The translations under genes and the position numbers were made by a program. 64,000 nucleotides of DNA, from NCBI GenBank assembly GCA_013115145.1, contig JAAPAO010000071.1, positions 27,532 to 91,531 on the forward strand, read 5' to 3'. The notes under the pieces are model-generated. The model was not told where the DNA came from. It searched no databases and was given only the letters and a program-made list of their open reading frames with translations. Positions within the stretch are counted from its first letter, which is position 1; each line of letters opens with the position of its first letter. Below are positions 1-11,603 of the stretch, one piece after another. Origin of the DNA: Perkinsus chesapeaki ATCC PRA-425 (lineage: Eukaryota; Protista; Perkinsozoa).

Positions 1-667
1 AAGGTGATAAAGGAGCGGAAAGCAACACTTATGGTTCGAGCAGAGGGGGTATTGAAATGGAACATTAAGGGATACAAGCGGGGGCTGCAGAGCTGGATTC
101 TAGCGTTGAATGAGTATTAGGAGTATTCAAAGTCAAAAGGGAACAGCATCGTTACCGTACGATGACTATTATTGGCCTAAGGAGTTTCAATTAGCTCTAG
201 AGAATTCACTTTCCGGTCAAATTAAAGTGATTTATTGTTGAAAAAATTAAAGTGACCGAAAATTGGTGAATATAATGGTTATAGTGATGTAGATATCTAT
301 TATTCGTAGTTGTTATTGTCTTCGCTCACTTGGGTCATAAACTGGAATCAATCCTGGAATTGGTTAATCATGAAGTGGATCTAACAGACTCGTGGTGTGA
401 TATCTTGGATTCGCCGCTTTGTGCGCTGCCGGTGGGGCCAACTTGCGTGGCAAAACATGAAGTCCGTCTGGCGACAAAAAGCCCTTCAAGAACGTACCAT
501 CTGCCGGAATCGCTTACTCTGTCGGGAGAACGTATTCATTTCCTGAAAGTAAAGCCTACTGGGCTGCTGTCTTCTTTACTATTGTAACTCACCGAACGCT
601 AGGCTCCTAGCGATGCCTATTAGGAAGCCTATTATGATTCACGGAATGGATAATCATCTTTACTCAG

Positions 668-2834
668 AGCGAAGTTGGCTCGGGAGGATGAGCTCTTGGA
701 GCAAATAGAAGCCTTGGAGAGCGGACAGGATCGACATGGTAGGGGCCAGTGCTCTGTCGAATGGTTATAGGGGACCTCGTCAGTTGAAGAAGCAAATGGA
801 AATGGCGGCGAATCTGAGGGGTGTAGCTCTACGGCGAAGGGTGACTCTGAGGTCGCTACCGGTAATGTGGTGACACGGTGACGATGCGGAAATGTTATAG
901 AACAGGTGAAGGTGGGCAGACTAGACGGAGTAAAATAAAGAGTATAAAGAAGAAGCTTCATGATATTGATAAGCTAGTGGAGGCCGCTGAGGGTGGGAAG
1001 GCTCTAACTGAGCAGCAAAAACAGAAGATATCCCGACGGCCGGAGTTGGTAAGAAAGGGATGTTGTTGATTAGAGGAGCCTATGGGAGATGGGAATGCCA
1101 TTCCATACCGCTGAGATAGCCACTAGAAATGGAGAAGGAGGGCGAAAATGACAAATACCCGCTACAAAGAGAACTAATATCCAAGATGATAATTAATATA
1201 GGGAGTTGCTATATCGTATAGGCAACTTGAGGCTCGAGATGTCAAATGAACCGTTGTGAAGTCCCATGGGAATTTCCGTTGCATTCGGCCATTATTTGCA
1301 TGCATGATTTTGTGTCGCAGGAGACAGAGCTCAGCATTCTTCATAGTGCGGCCGCGGCGTCAGTGACAGTCAAAGATACTCCCGCAGCTACCGTCGAAGG
1401 TCCCAAGATGGATAATAAAGTTATAGCTGCAAATGAAGGAAACGACGAAGATGAGGATGGGGGAGAGTGGATACCATCCGATCCGAAACTGAGGAGGGCT
1501 CGAAAACGGAAAACTTCGTAAGGCCTCGGTTTCCCCAGTGGAGCTTTTAAAGCGGAGATATCCCTTCTCCATGCATTCTTTGAACTTGCTAGGATGTCCT
1601 CTTTATCTATCGAATCTCTGATTTGTGTGTGTCGGTTCGTGCAGTGGAAGTCTAGTGTTGCTTCTTTATATCGTCGACACATGAGCGGTCAGGTTCGAAA
1701 TAGGCCGATCTACGTTATCGGAGAAGGTGTGCCGCGTGGTAGGTCGGCAGCTCATCGGTGCCTTATTGAGAGTAAGTGTCAGATCCGTCAGCCACCAGAT
1801 GGATCCTGTCTTTTCCATGCTTTGGGTTACTGGCTTAATAAGCCACAGCACATTATACGGAAGCAGATCTCTGGTTTTTTACGCCATAACGCTTCGACAG
1901 TGAAAGTAAGCCGCGGCGCGTGGATTCCTATTCTTTAGTGAGTTCGGTGAGCTCGAGGCCTGCACTGAACAAATATGCCAACTCTCGTCCCTCTCTCTCC
2001 GGTAGTGCTTTCGAATCTCTCTAGTCGTATCTGATAGCGGTAGGCTGCTCGGCATTCTAGGTTCGTCTATGTAGCTCACTATTGCATAGGATAGCAGCTT
2101 CACCGAGCCTTATTTCTCGGAGATGTTTTCATCTTGCTCTTTTATCAGCTCAATGGTCTGACACTTGAGGAGTGGATCAAGGTGGAGTCTAACTCTCGAA
2201 CGTTGAGCCAGTAATGCGAAGACAGGTCTTCAGCGATGAACAAATGTTAAATCATCAGTTACTGCAACAACCTGTTGAAGGATAACACTTGGGGAGGGGA
2301 GATAGAGCTCGTGGCAACATCGATGTGAGCCAACGGTCACCGGGGAGGACTTCGATTACAAATTTTCGGAAAACGATTCCGGCCTCGCAACTCTTACGTG
2401 GAGAAGGGTTGGTGATTCTGGCAACCCAACGAGGAGTCATTCCATCGCGGACTCTGAAGCAGGTCGCCGGTCTTGTTAGGTTGTATAACTGCGATGTCTA
2501 CGTTTGGCAGCACGAGAACGCTCCAAAGAGCCAGACTGGCAAATACGTGTTGTGCTACAAATTTCACGCGCCGCCGGTCTCGGAGAAGTACACTACTAAC
2601 AGATGTAAGGTATGGAAGTTAATAACGCTCCATGGTGATTGGTAGATGCTGGAAGAGATGATCGGCGGGAGGCAGAGGAAGAGCCAATTACGTGTCATGT
2701 TCTGTTTGATGGGAAGAAGCATTATAATGTAAGTCATATCAATGATGGCAGCACCGTGAATTTGTGAAGCTATTTGAACTTGACCTTGTTTTCATCTACA
2801 TCAGATTGATCTTGAAACAACTCCCTTACTCTAG
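668..2834 (+). CDS. Multi-exon OTU-family deubiquitinase-like cysteine protease; 5' end unresolved (ORF 330..587 may be an upstream exon)
   Basis: Cys box PPDGSCLFHALGYWL (Cys codon 1807-1809). His box CHVLFDGKKHYN (His codon 2720-2722) lies in an exon ending at gtaag, then last exon IDLETTPLL* ends at 2834. N-terminal exon carries a KIKSIKKKLHDIDKL..GKALTEQQKQKISRR helical motif (878..1069). Confidence 0.7.
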
Positions 2835-3506
2835 AACGTTCATTTCTTGAAAAGATACGCGCTCGGCACGCGCACCGGTGTTGTAAGTTATTGTGTACGC
2901 ACCAACAGAACCAGGAATATTTCGGTGCGCACAAGCGCGTTCCTGCTGCGCACGTTTTATCTTGCTCGTTTTGGCAGGTTCTAGTGCTTGATGAGAAGTA
3001 CTGCCTCCTGAAGTAGCTAAGTTGCTATACCATTCACTAACCGTTTCTTGCACCAAACTGTGTGTATGTTCAAAAGTTACTCAGTGGTAGTAGTAGTAAA
3101 AACAACATTATTATAGAACAGTACTACGCCATGTTTGAGCTCAGTTTAAGTGTCCCACGGAATCTTAGTGCTATACAAGTTTGACACATCCTCCCAAGGT
3201 GACTTCGAGATGATCAGTTTCACATCCAGTTCGACAATACACTGGCAAATGCTAATGTAAATGCACACTGCCAAAGTATGCTTCCAGTGTCCCGAGAAAG
3301 ACACGCCCAGCACGCATGAGCATGAAACTACTCCGGGTTGTAACTGTATTACTGATGGCACAGTACACCAATTGAATCGATTTATTCTATCTCTATGTAC
3401 TTATTATAAAGTTCATATAAGCCAACTACGCAAGCTTATCACAACGTAAATGCCTCCCTCCCTCATCCGCCTGTCCACGCCCACAACACCGGCGTCATCA
3501 GTTTTT

Positions 3507-3523
3507 GGGCGCGCGCTTTTTAC
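3507..3523 (+). promoter_or_regulatory. Recurrent GGGCGCGCGCTTTTTAC motif, copy 1
   Basis: Identical 17-mer at 11604-11620 and near-identical at 63585-63600; here ~85-100 bp upstream of the CCCH gene ATG. Confidence 0.5.
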
Positions 3524-3604
3524 TTCCCCGTCAGGCCAAATTTTCTGTGGTTTTAACGAAGCCCTTTATTATATCTTCTGTTCGTACACCTGTTCTTTAT
3601 CAGT

Positions 3605-4732
3605 ATGATGAAGAGAACTAATAATCGTTTAACAGCTGCGGCTAGGCTATCTCCTATGGAGATACCTTCCGCTACTAATCCTACCAATTTCGACCCAACT
3701 ACTATGTGGGAGGTCTTGTCACCGTTACCGCCTAACTCGGCTCCGGCAACTTTCGAGGGCCTCTCCGCGTTGTCGCCGTATGCTGGGCCGCCTTCTGGAG
3801 CTGATTCTAATATTAGAAGGAAGCTAAGGAAGACTCGCGTTTGCAAGCACTTCCTGAGGGGCAGATGCCACTATGGGGCTAACTGCACGTTCGCCCACTA
3901 TGATAGTGAACTCTACAAGAAGCCCAACCTGGCCAAGACAAAGCTATGTGCAAAGCCCAACTGCTCTGACCCGGAGTGTACCTATGCCCATTCTGTGGAA
4001 GAGTTAAGACAACCTGGTGAAGCCTCGGATATGGATACTGCTCGGGTGGATATCGAACATGAAAAAGTATTGGGAGAACAGAGAGCTTTGTTGACAGTAC
4101 ACAATCTTATGGCAACTGTTGCTGACCCTGCTGGTAGCCCTGGTATATTACCAAGCCCCTCTATATTGCCGAACCCTATGCAACAACAACAATTTGGTGT
4201 TAGTCCGAATGGTGGTGGGCAGCAGCAGCAACAGCATGGTCGATACGGGGGTTCCCGTGGTGGCATTAACAGATCAACCTTACACGCTTTGGCGGTCAAG
4301 AATGAGGAATTACAAAGACAAGTTGAAATGAGCAACACTGTTCTTGCTCATCTTCTCCAAGTGGCGTCTGCTCAAGCAGTACCAGAGACCCCATATGTAG
4401 TTCCCTCGAGCAACGTATTTTCCCAGGCGACAGCGGCGGCTCAACCTGAGGAGGGAGGTGGTGAGGAGTATGGTAGCCGAAATTGGGACATAAATGTCGT
4501 GGAAACGCCTAATAGTGGATGTGAACTTACTAGTGTCGATGAAGAACATGTCACATCAGTTGATGAGGATGAAGCATTAAGTCATTGGCTGGCGACTGTT
4601 ACGCTAGAGGAGAGTGGTGACACGCACGAGGAGGGTGGTGACACACATGTTAATAACCATAATGCTGGTACAGGCAGTGGCGGGCAGTATGAGGATGAGA
4701 ACGGAACGTTTGTGAGCAGAGGAAACCAATAA
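3605..4732 (+). CDS. Intronless tandem CCCH zinc-finger (TIS11/ZFP36-like) RNA-binding protein
   Basis: 375-aa ORF: RKTRVCKHFLRGRCHYGANCTFAH..L..KP..KTKLCAKPNCSDPECTYAHSVEELR, followed by low-complexity Q/G/E regions. Confidence 0.85.
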   Translation: MMKRTNNRLTAAARLSPMEIPSATNPTNFDPTTMWEVLSPLPPNSAPATFEGLSALSPYAGPPSGADSNIRRKLRKTRVCKHFLRGRCHYGANCTFAHYDSELYKKPNLAKTKLCAKPNCSDPECTYAHSVEELRQPGEASDMDTARVDIEHEKVLGEQRALLTVHNLMATVADPAGSPGILPSPSILPNPMQQQQFGVSPNGGGQQQQQHGRYGGSRGGINRSTLHALAVKNEELQRQVEMSNTVLAHLLQVASAQAVPETPYVVPSSNVFSQATAAAQPEEGGGEEYGSRNWDINVVETPNSGCELTSVDEEHVTSVDEDEALSHWLATVTLEESGDTHEEGGDTHVNNHNAGTGSGGQYEDENGTFVSRGNQ

Positions 4733-4799
4733 GGACGTTGGTTTTGATGTCCTTTTAGATTTATGGAAGATGATGACACATATTATTGTACTATATCTA

Positions 4800-5967
4800 T
4801 TATTTCAGCTCTGCTCGTAAGGAGTTGGTATGCCTGTGGTCAAGCAGCAGCATCCGCATTGATGATGATGCAACTGCTGCTGCTGCTGTGGTGGTGGTCA
4901 TCTTAGTTGTTTCTGTAGTTGATCCAGATTTTGTATCCAGGTCATCATCATCATTATGTTCCTCATTCTCCTCCTTCTCCTCTGGTGCATATAGCTATAG
5001 AGCGAGTGGGAGTAGAATGCGGCGGCCTAGTAGAAGTTAGTGTGTGTTTTAGTCACGGCAAGTTATTTTAGCCAGTATTATATTACTCGATAACGAGCTC
5101 AATATAGTACATGTAGTTTAGCAGCAGCAGCATCACCATGGGGCCTATTGTTATCAAAACTAACAAATAAGTTGTTACTCTATCAAGATGGCAGTAACTT
5201 CGATCGTGACAACACCACCACCACCAACCTCTATCGGTAATATTGTTTATAGTATCCATGGTTTTTCTGAGTAGTACAACCCTTACCGTCGTATAACACC
5301 TGATCGTTTCGAGAACCTGCTGCGTCTGGCGGTGCCGTGTCGTCATCATCATCATCATCCTCATCCTCCCCATCTTCATCTTTGTTGGTGAAGATAGTTG
5401 ATGCTATTTGCTACTTGGTATGCTACTTGTAAGCAGCATAACTGCTTTATGTCTATAGATTTATCAGTTTAAGGGTACTAATAATAGTGGCATGAGAATC
5501 GTTGTCGTGGTCGTCGTTATTGTCGTCACTCTTTGAAGAGTAACTGCATGATGCCAGCCTTTGGTGAAGGCTTGAGCAGTATGGCAGGGGAGAGATGGTT
5601 ATTATTTGTTATCATTATTATTATTTACGAAGGCCTTCCTCTATTAACCTCCTTTTCCGAATAGGCAGCAGTATTGTGTTGTCACCGGGGAGAATGGAAG
5701 CCAATACGATAGTAGTTTTTCTTACTATTTATGCTGCCGGGTGGTGACGACACAGGAGGAGACGGCAACGAGAGGAATAATTTAATATCTAAATGGCTGC
5801 TGCCATCGACGGATGGGGATGAGCATGATGGTGGTCGTCGTCGTCGGAGGAGGAGGAATAGGCAACATAACCCGACAGGGTCGCACATGTCTGATAGAGA
5901 GGAGGAGGAGGAGGAGGATTTGATTAGTGTACTGACTAACCCTACCAGTGTCGGTAATACACTTCAT
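4800..5967 (-). CDS. Probable multi-exon low-complexity (D/E/T/S-rich) hypothetical protein
   Basis: Open minus-strand segments bounded by GT/AG, e.g. NKDEDGEDEDDDDDDDTAPPDAAGSRNDQVLYD|gtaag, and terminal EEKEENEEHNDDDDLDTK...SLRAELK* (stop 4800-4802). Start not resolved. Confidence 0.35.
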
Positions 5968-6277
5968 AAAAGGGGGCTGCTCTTTTTCGCTGAAAACTAG
6001 CTATTCTTTGGATACCTAAGACCTGGTGTGCAACCTGCATGTCAACCATCAGCTATGTAAAATAATTACTGAGGTTACTAAGATGAGCAACTTTAATTTA
6101 GAATTAGGAGGAATTTTGAACTAATTAGGAGGAATTTAGACCTGGATTACGTTGGCGAAATGCGGATATAGTTGAAGAGCCTATTTCGATATGGAATGAA
6201 TTTTAATACAGTCACTTGGTGTAACCTTTCATCGCACTCCACAGTTGGATGGTTCATAAAACTGTGCTCTTCTACTG

Positions 6278-8048
6278 TTGGTAGTTGAGCGGTACGCTAC
6301 GGCGTTTCTCGGTTACGACTCTCTCGACTTGTTCCGTCATCCCCCTGATGTTAACCTTTTCGGGCAGTTTGTAATACAGCAATACTTATTTCTTAGAGCC
6401 AGTGTACTCGGGAATATAATCCAGTTCTATGTATGCACTGGTAGAATACCAAATCTACTTTTGGCGTACATTTCTTAGCTTAACGTTTTCGTAGGTACCA
6501 ATGACTCCGAGCCCATCACTGAAGTTCGCCACCGATCAATCTTGTTTGTATTTGACTTGGACCAAACATTGGTCTCATCAGGACGACACGGTGCCGTGGT
6601 GGCTGACGAGGCTCTTAGAAGGGAGATGGGACGGGCGCAACATCAATGTATCAACAATAACCGAAATCGCTGTGGTAAGTAAAGGACTGGAATGAGTCAA
6701 TTTTGGATGGGCTTTTGATAGTAGAAATTCTACTTAGAATTCCTCTTGGTTCAACTGTATGATGATTACCTATTGCAGACATAGTCATATCGCTACATTA
6801 GGCAGTTCTTACTTTTATAACTAAACAGGTAGAGGAGGGGCGGAGTTCAATACGTTAGCTCGTAATAGGGGTCATTTCATGACAACGCAATTTATATCGG
6901 CACATTCCAGAATAGAAAGAGCCACTACTGTTCTTACTCTCTAAAGCTGGGAATAGCACCATCGAGGGAGCTATTCCTTTGTACCTTCGCATCATTTTCC
7001 ATCACATTAGCTATACTTTTCAGGTACGTTACATCGTTCCATGAGCGCACGGCCAACATCTGGTGGCCTGATGCATTCAACTAGTTCTTCGTTCGGTTCT
7101 GCTCTCTACCGAAGTAGCGAAGCATTGGTCCCGTAGGGAGTATCTTCTCTTCAGCCTCGTCGATGCCATTTTCCTCCGTACCAGTGCCTTTGGATCCGAA
7201 TGTATATATGAATCCTGAGACTGGGGAACGGCAAGTACTGCTCTATCGAGGAGAGGACAGCAACTGGGACCTGATGTGATGTGAGGGGAAATGGCAGCAG
7301 CAGCAGTGCAGCTTTGTACCATTTATTTTGTATAAAAGATATGACGCGTACAAATTACCGGGTCGTACAGTATTCGCCAAACTCGGACTGTAATTATTAT
7401 ATTTATCTATCCATTAACTATAACTCGAAGAAGTGCTTGCAAGTGTTGCCACTGAATGGCGGCGGTTTCATTACTTCTTCTTTTGTAGGTACATCAAGCT
7501 CCGTCCAGGCGTACGACAGCTTCTTACACAATGCCGAGAGATAGCTGACTTGGCCATCTTTAGTGCAGCCAGGTAGAAGGAAAACGACGTCTGCACTACT
7601 GTCTCATAGTGAATCAGTCCCGACTATGTACAATTCATATCACGGAAATTGGACCCAAATGGTTGCCTTTTTGATGGTCGTGTTTACAGTAGCAAGGAGC
7701 TCGGTATTGGTTTCAGCAAATCAACTGAAGTGCTGCCCACCGGATATGACAGAGTAGGCCGTCCTCGTATGCTTGGTTGATTCTGTTGGTTCCAGATTGT
7801 GATAATCGATGACAGCGGTCCGGGAATCTGGAACGACGTCGATGCCGATGTATGTTGCTTTCCTAGCGTTCCTCCTTATACCTTTATGAGAGATCACATA
7901 GCAGATATACTCAATGGTGCGACGGTATCAGCTGGTGTGATGTTGCAGTTTAATTCTATCAGGAATCTACCCGCCTGATGACGATAATTTTCTCATTGGC
8001 GAGTTGCTACCACAACTCTCGTCCCTCTCGGCATCATCATTGTCGTGA
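6278..8048 (+). CDS. Multi-exon FCP1/CPL-type CTD phosphatase-like (HAD, NIF domain) protein; 5' end approximate
   Basis: Spliced frame reads LFVFDLDQTLV (DLDQT at 6554-6568), YIKLRPGVRQLLTQCREIADLAIFSAA, DYVQFISRKLDPNGCLFDGRVYSSKELG, IVIIDDSGPGIW, VPPYTFM. Stop at 8046-8048. Confidence 0.8.
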
Positions 8049-8455
8049 TGTTCCTATGAACTGCTGCTATCACCATTTTTAACGTACGAGTTGATTGTAT
8101 CTTATTATTGACAATGCTTGATGACAGCGCCTCCCTTTGACATAATTGTCCATAATCTCAAACGTGTGTTTTTGTTGCTAGTACAGATCCTTAGGAAAAT
8201 CTACTCCTCGAAGATATCGTTTGTAGTGCGAAGATATGAAAAATCTTACTAGTGCAACATCAAGAACATTCCCGGCAGGGCTATGAACATGCGTTTCTCG
8301 CACTTCGGAACTTCTTGTCAATGAGGTGATACGAGTTCTTCATGAAAGGTGTTCCACACTGGAATCCACTGCGAAAACGAACGCCGCGTATTTGCATTTT
8401 GACAACTAAGATTTACTACCTTCCCAACTAACGAACACAACAGTGTCAGTGCAAA

Positions 8456-9418
8456 CTACTCTTCTTTGGTGTCCCACAGCTGCAAGGCAAATTTATTCAC
8501 CATTCGAGTTGGTATATCACCGCGACGTATAGCGCCTTCTACAGCCACTTTGTCTTGGTATGTGCCCGGGATGAGCCTCTCATCAAGTGATTGGGCCATC
8601 ATCTCTCGTACGCGCTCGGCAAACTGCTGAGGAGCTTCGTCTCCTCTACGACTTTCCGGTAGAAGTATTTGGATTCTCATAACAGTGTATGGTTGAGCCA
8701 TCAGCCCTAGAGCGTACGGTACGCCCTTAATGGCCGTGAAGTGGGGGTCAAAGGTCTCCCCTGGCTTGTAGTTGGGGTAAGTGACAGCAATCGGCAATAC
8801 CGGGATGCCCTGGCGGAATGCTCCACTGCGGAATGGTATCAAACCAAGGCCGTTGGTAGTCGTGCCTTCTGGAAACAACAGCACCGGCGTACCTCCTCCT
8901 GCGGACGAGATGTAGTTGTGAATGATCTCCGTAGTGGACTGCTGCTTTTCGCCTTTGGCAGCTAGACGATCGACGAAAATGCAATGCATCGATTTCATAA
9001 CTCTGCCGACTACTGGAGTGTTGATGAGAGCCTTCTTGCCAACGAATGTGGGGTAGAACAGAAATAGTAAAATAAGAATCTCCATGCAGCTCACATGGTT
9101 CGAAACAATAATAAATGATTTCTTCGAGAAGTGTTTGAGCTCACTGTAGCCGTGGACCTCCGGAATGATACCGAAACAAAAGACGAACGCAAAGAGGCAC
9201 CAATAGCGAACGAGGGTCTCCGTGGCTTTGTCAAATCTTAAAAAGGAAATAACACAGAAAATGGGGAAGGCAATCGCCAAGCTTCCGGCTAACAATAGCA
9301 TTCTGATGGGGACAAGAATTGTGCCGAAGATAATAGTTTTGAGGGTGTTTTGGAGAGACATTGGGGACCGGATGAAAGCAGCGCCGTTCTCAAGTATGGT
9401 TTGATAATCGACGGTCAT
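8456..9418 (-). CDS. Intronless lysophospholipid acyltransferase (LPCAT/LPEAT-like, PlsC family)
   Basis: 320-aa ORF with an N-terminal TM segment, IVSNHVSCME (block I), CIFVDR (block II), LLFPEGTTTNG (block III), PVLPIAVTYP (block IV). Confidence 0.9.
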   Translation of the reverse strand: MTVDYQTILENGAAFIRSPMSLQNTLKTIIFGTILVPIRMLLLAGSLAIAFPIFCVISFLRFDKATETLVRYWCLFAFVFCFGIIPEVHGYSELKHFSKKSFIIVSNHVSCMEILILLFLFYPTFVGKKALINTPVVGRVMKSMHCIFVDRLAAKGEKQQSTTEIIHNYISSAGGGTPVLLFPEGTTTNGLGLIPFRSGAFRQGIPVLPIAVTYPNYKPGETFDPHFTAIKGVPYALGLMAQPYTVMRIQILLPESRRGDEAPQQFAERVREMMAQSLDERLIPGTYQDKVAVEGAIRRGDIPTRMVNKFALQLWDTKEE

Positions 9419-9489
9419 AAAGGAAAGAAAAAATACTAAACAAAAAGTTATGACGAAAAACGCAATCAGGTCACTTCACAAAAATATTC

Positions 9490-10258
9490 ATTTTCTTCAT
9501 TGCGAGTAACCCTCCCGAGCCTGGAACGATCCTCAAGCCCAGCTATGCCGCCAGGGGTACTCAACACCCTCCATCTCTCCTGGGGGAGTGTCAGCTGGTT
9601 TAGCGTGTGGCCGAAATAAGCCATCAACTACTGTAAATGCTATCTACCCAGCAACCTCCCATTTCAGCCCACTCAGAGCCCTCTATTACCCGCATTTTAC
9701 GGCCAGTGGCGCTCCACCACCGCAACAGATTCTCATCAACTTGGCCGCAGTCTCGAATGGAATCAATTCTGTCCCAGTTCTGGTTGGTGAGTATTTGACA
9801 GGAGTATCCCCCATCCAGCAACTGCTTGCTCAACATGAGCGTCCAAGATATCTGTCTACATTCTCGAGGGCGTGAGTTCGATCCCCGGCAGTACCACATT
9901 TGACAGCGCTCCTGACCATGCCCGACTTGGCACTATCACTGCATAGCTTCGCAACTGCCCTGGGAGCGTCACTGCATCCTTGGAGTTCACAATTATTTTC
10001 AGCCTAGTCTCTCGACTGTGGTGTCGATAGTACCTGCCCGGGGAGAGAATTCGGTCTTTCCAGAATGGTGCCCATTTTACCTACTCCAATGCCATCTTCA
10101 AGACATCCCACTCGGCATTGGTCTGCCCTCTTCTGCTCTTGGCGGCGCTCTCAGGCTCGAGAGCTCCCACTGGCATGAGGACCCAGGAGGCATCGCTAGG
10201 AGCTGGAGGATTAAATGACAACATCACTGAGGTGGGATAATGAGACTTGAACACAACA
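9490..10258 (-). mobile_element. Probable truncated LTR-retrotransposon remnant (one LTR, primer-binding site, degenerate internal ORF)
   Basis: On the minus strand, 10258->9901 begins TGTTG and ends CTGTCA. After 4 nt comes TGGTACTGCCGGGGATCGAACTC, complementary to a tRNA T-loop/acceptor 3' end (9874-9896). A short ORF 9624..9899 follows. No second LTR or pol seen. Confidence 0.4.
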
Positions 10259-10432
10259 TGAATCACTGCTAGACGTTGTGATAGAAAATCAACTTATTAT
10301 TGTTATTATACCGAAATGTCATGTGCACTACTAGGACTATTACGCCACGAGCGTGGAGGGTTCATCTACGATAATGTACGTGCAAAAGAGGAGGAGAGTG
10401 TCACACCTAAAGCAAGTTGCCTTCGAGCTTCG

Positions 10433-11523
10433 TCAAATGTATATTACATTTTTATTTACATCAGCAATGAGAGGATGTTCCACTGAATCTACTGAAGCCT
10501 CCTCAACAGGATTCTCCACCACCGTTTCCTTCTCTAAAGTGGCAGAACCGTCCTTGTGGTGAGGCTCAGTTTGCTCGACAGCAGGAACTGCTACGCCAGC
10601 CTTGAGAGCTCGCTCCCGACTGAAACAAGATACATGTTGCTACACCTGATCTGCCTACTCGTATTGCTCTTCGGGAGTTTTATATTTCTCAGCATCATCT
10701 GGTTCTGTACAGGAGCTGTTAAGCTGCTCACACAGCACCGGTAGCTCTGGACTTGCATTATACCTGGTAACAACTAGTGGGCGTGAAGGGTGCTGGTTCT
10801 ATCACTTATCGAATATATCCTTGGTAACGATACGCCACTTCTCGCAGGATGGACTAAAGAGTATCATTCCCCCAATCATGGCAACCGCATTCTACCTGCT
10901 ACACTGTACCCAGTAGACATCCGCTACTGGAACATCGACAGCACTTATAGCATTTATGCTGTCTAATATAACACCACTACCAAAGCCTATATTCTAATTA
11001 GTACCTGCCGCTCGACGCCTTTTAGCGTTCCTTTCTGTGCCATCAGGAGCTCCAGTGCTAATGACAATCTGTCAATATTATCATTCAAGATTGAGTACCG
11101 TGGTATAACATTCATCGATCCACTTCTAGATCGTCTTCTACCACCTGAAGCCCCCCCTGGCTCCTGTTCAGCTGAGTTAGTGAAGAGCATTGGCCTAAGA
11201 GCTGCGTTTAATGTGTCGTACCTGACCCTATGGTGGCTGCAGCGCTATCTATACTGCTGGCAGCGGAGCCTGTCCGCCCTCTACCAGGGGGTTGGTATAA
11301 CTAAATCGATATAACCCATACAGTGTGGATGAGATGGCTACATTATCAGGGTATCTTTTCTTTGGTATGGGGGGCCTTAGGGAGTAGGAATGCCTGAGAA
11401 GGGTGACATTGTGGTTCTATCTGGTTAACCTTCTCACGTTGGTGACAGCACTGCTGCAGGTTCCTTGTCGAGAGCCTCCTCAGAAGCGGATTGCTGCTGT
11501 TGTTGCTGCTCTATATCAGACAT
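10433..11523 (-). CDS. Multi-exon hypothetical protein, divergent from the ALDH gene
   Basis: ATG at 11523 (MSDIEQQQQQSASEEALDKEPAAVLSP|gtgag), internal open exons (e.g. 10987..11190), and acidic last exon ...VENPVEEASVDSVEHPLIADVNKNVIYI* (stop 10433-10435). Confidence 0.45.
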
Positions 11524-11603
11524 GTTAATAATAATGTACCTGCTCCATCACAAATGGGTAGCAGCCTATCAGGCACAAGATTCTCATTGCGTTTTCTTGT
11601 GCA

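Noticed and set aside
4850-5950. Trinucleotide microsatellite cluster (GAT/CAT/CAG/GAG/ACC) as a separate repeat element
   Set aside because: The runs are short and mixed and are better explained as codons for low-complexity D/E/T/A tracts.
9818-9896. Complete tRNA gene at the GTTCGATCC motif
   Set aside because: No pairing 5' acceptor strand (GGTACTG), T-stem or anticodon stem; only the 3' ~23 nt are tRNA-like, so it is treated as a possible PBS.
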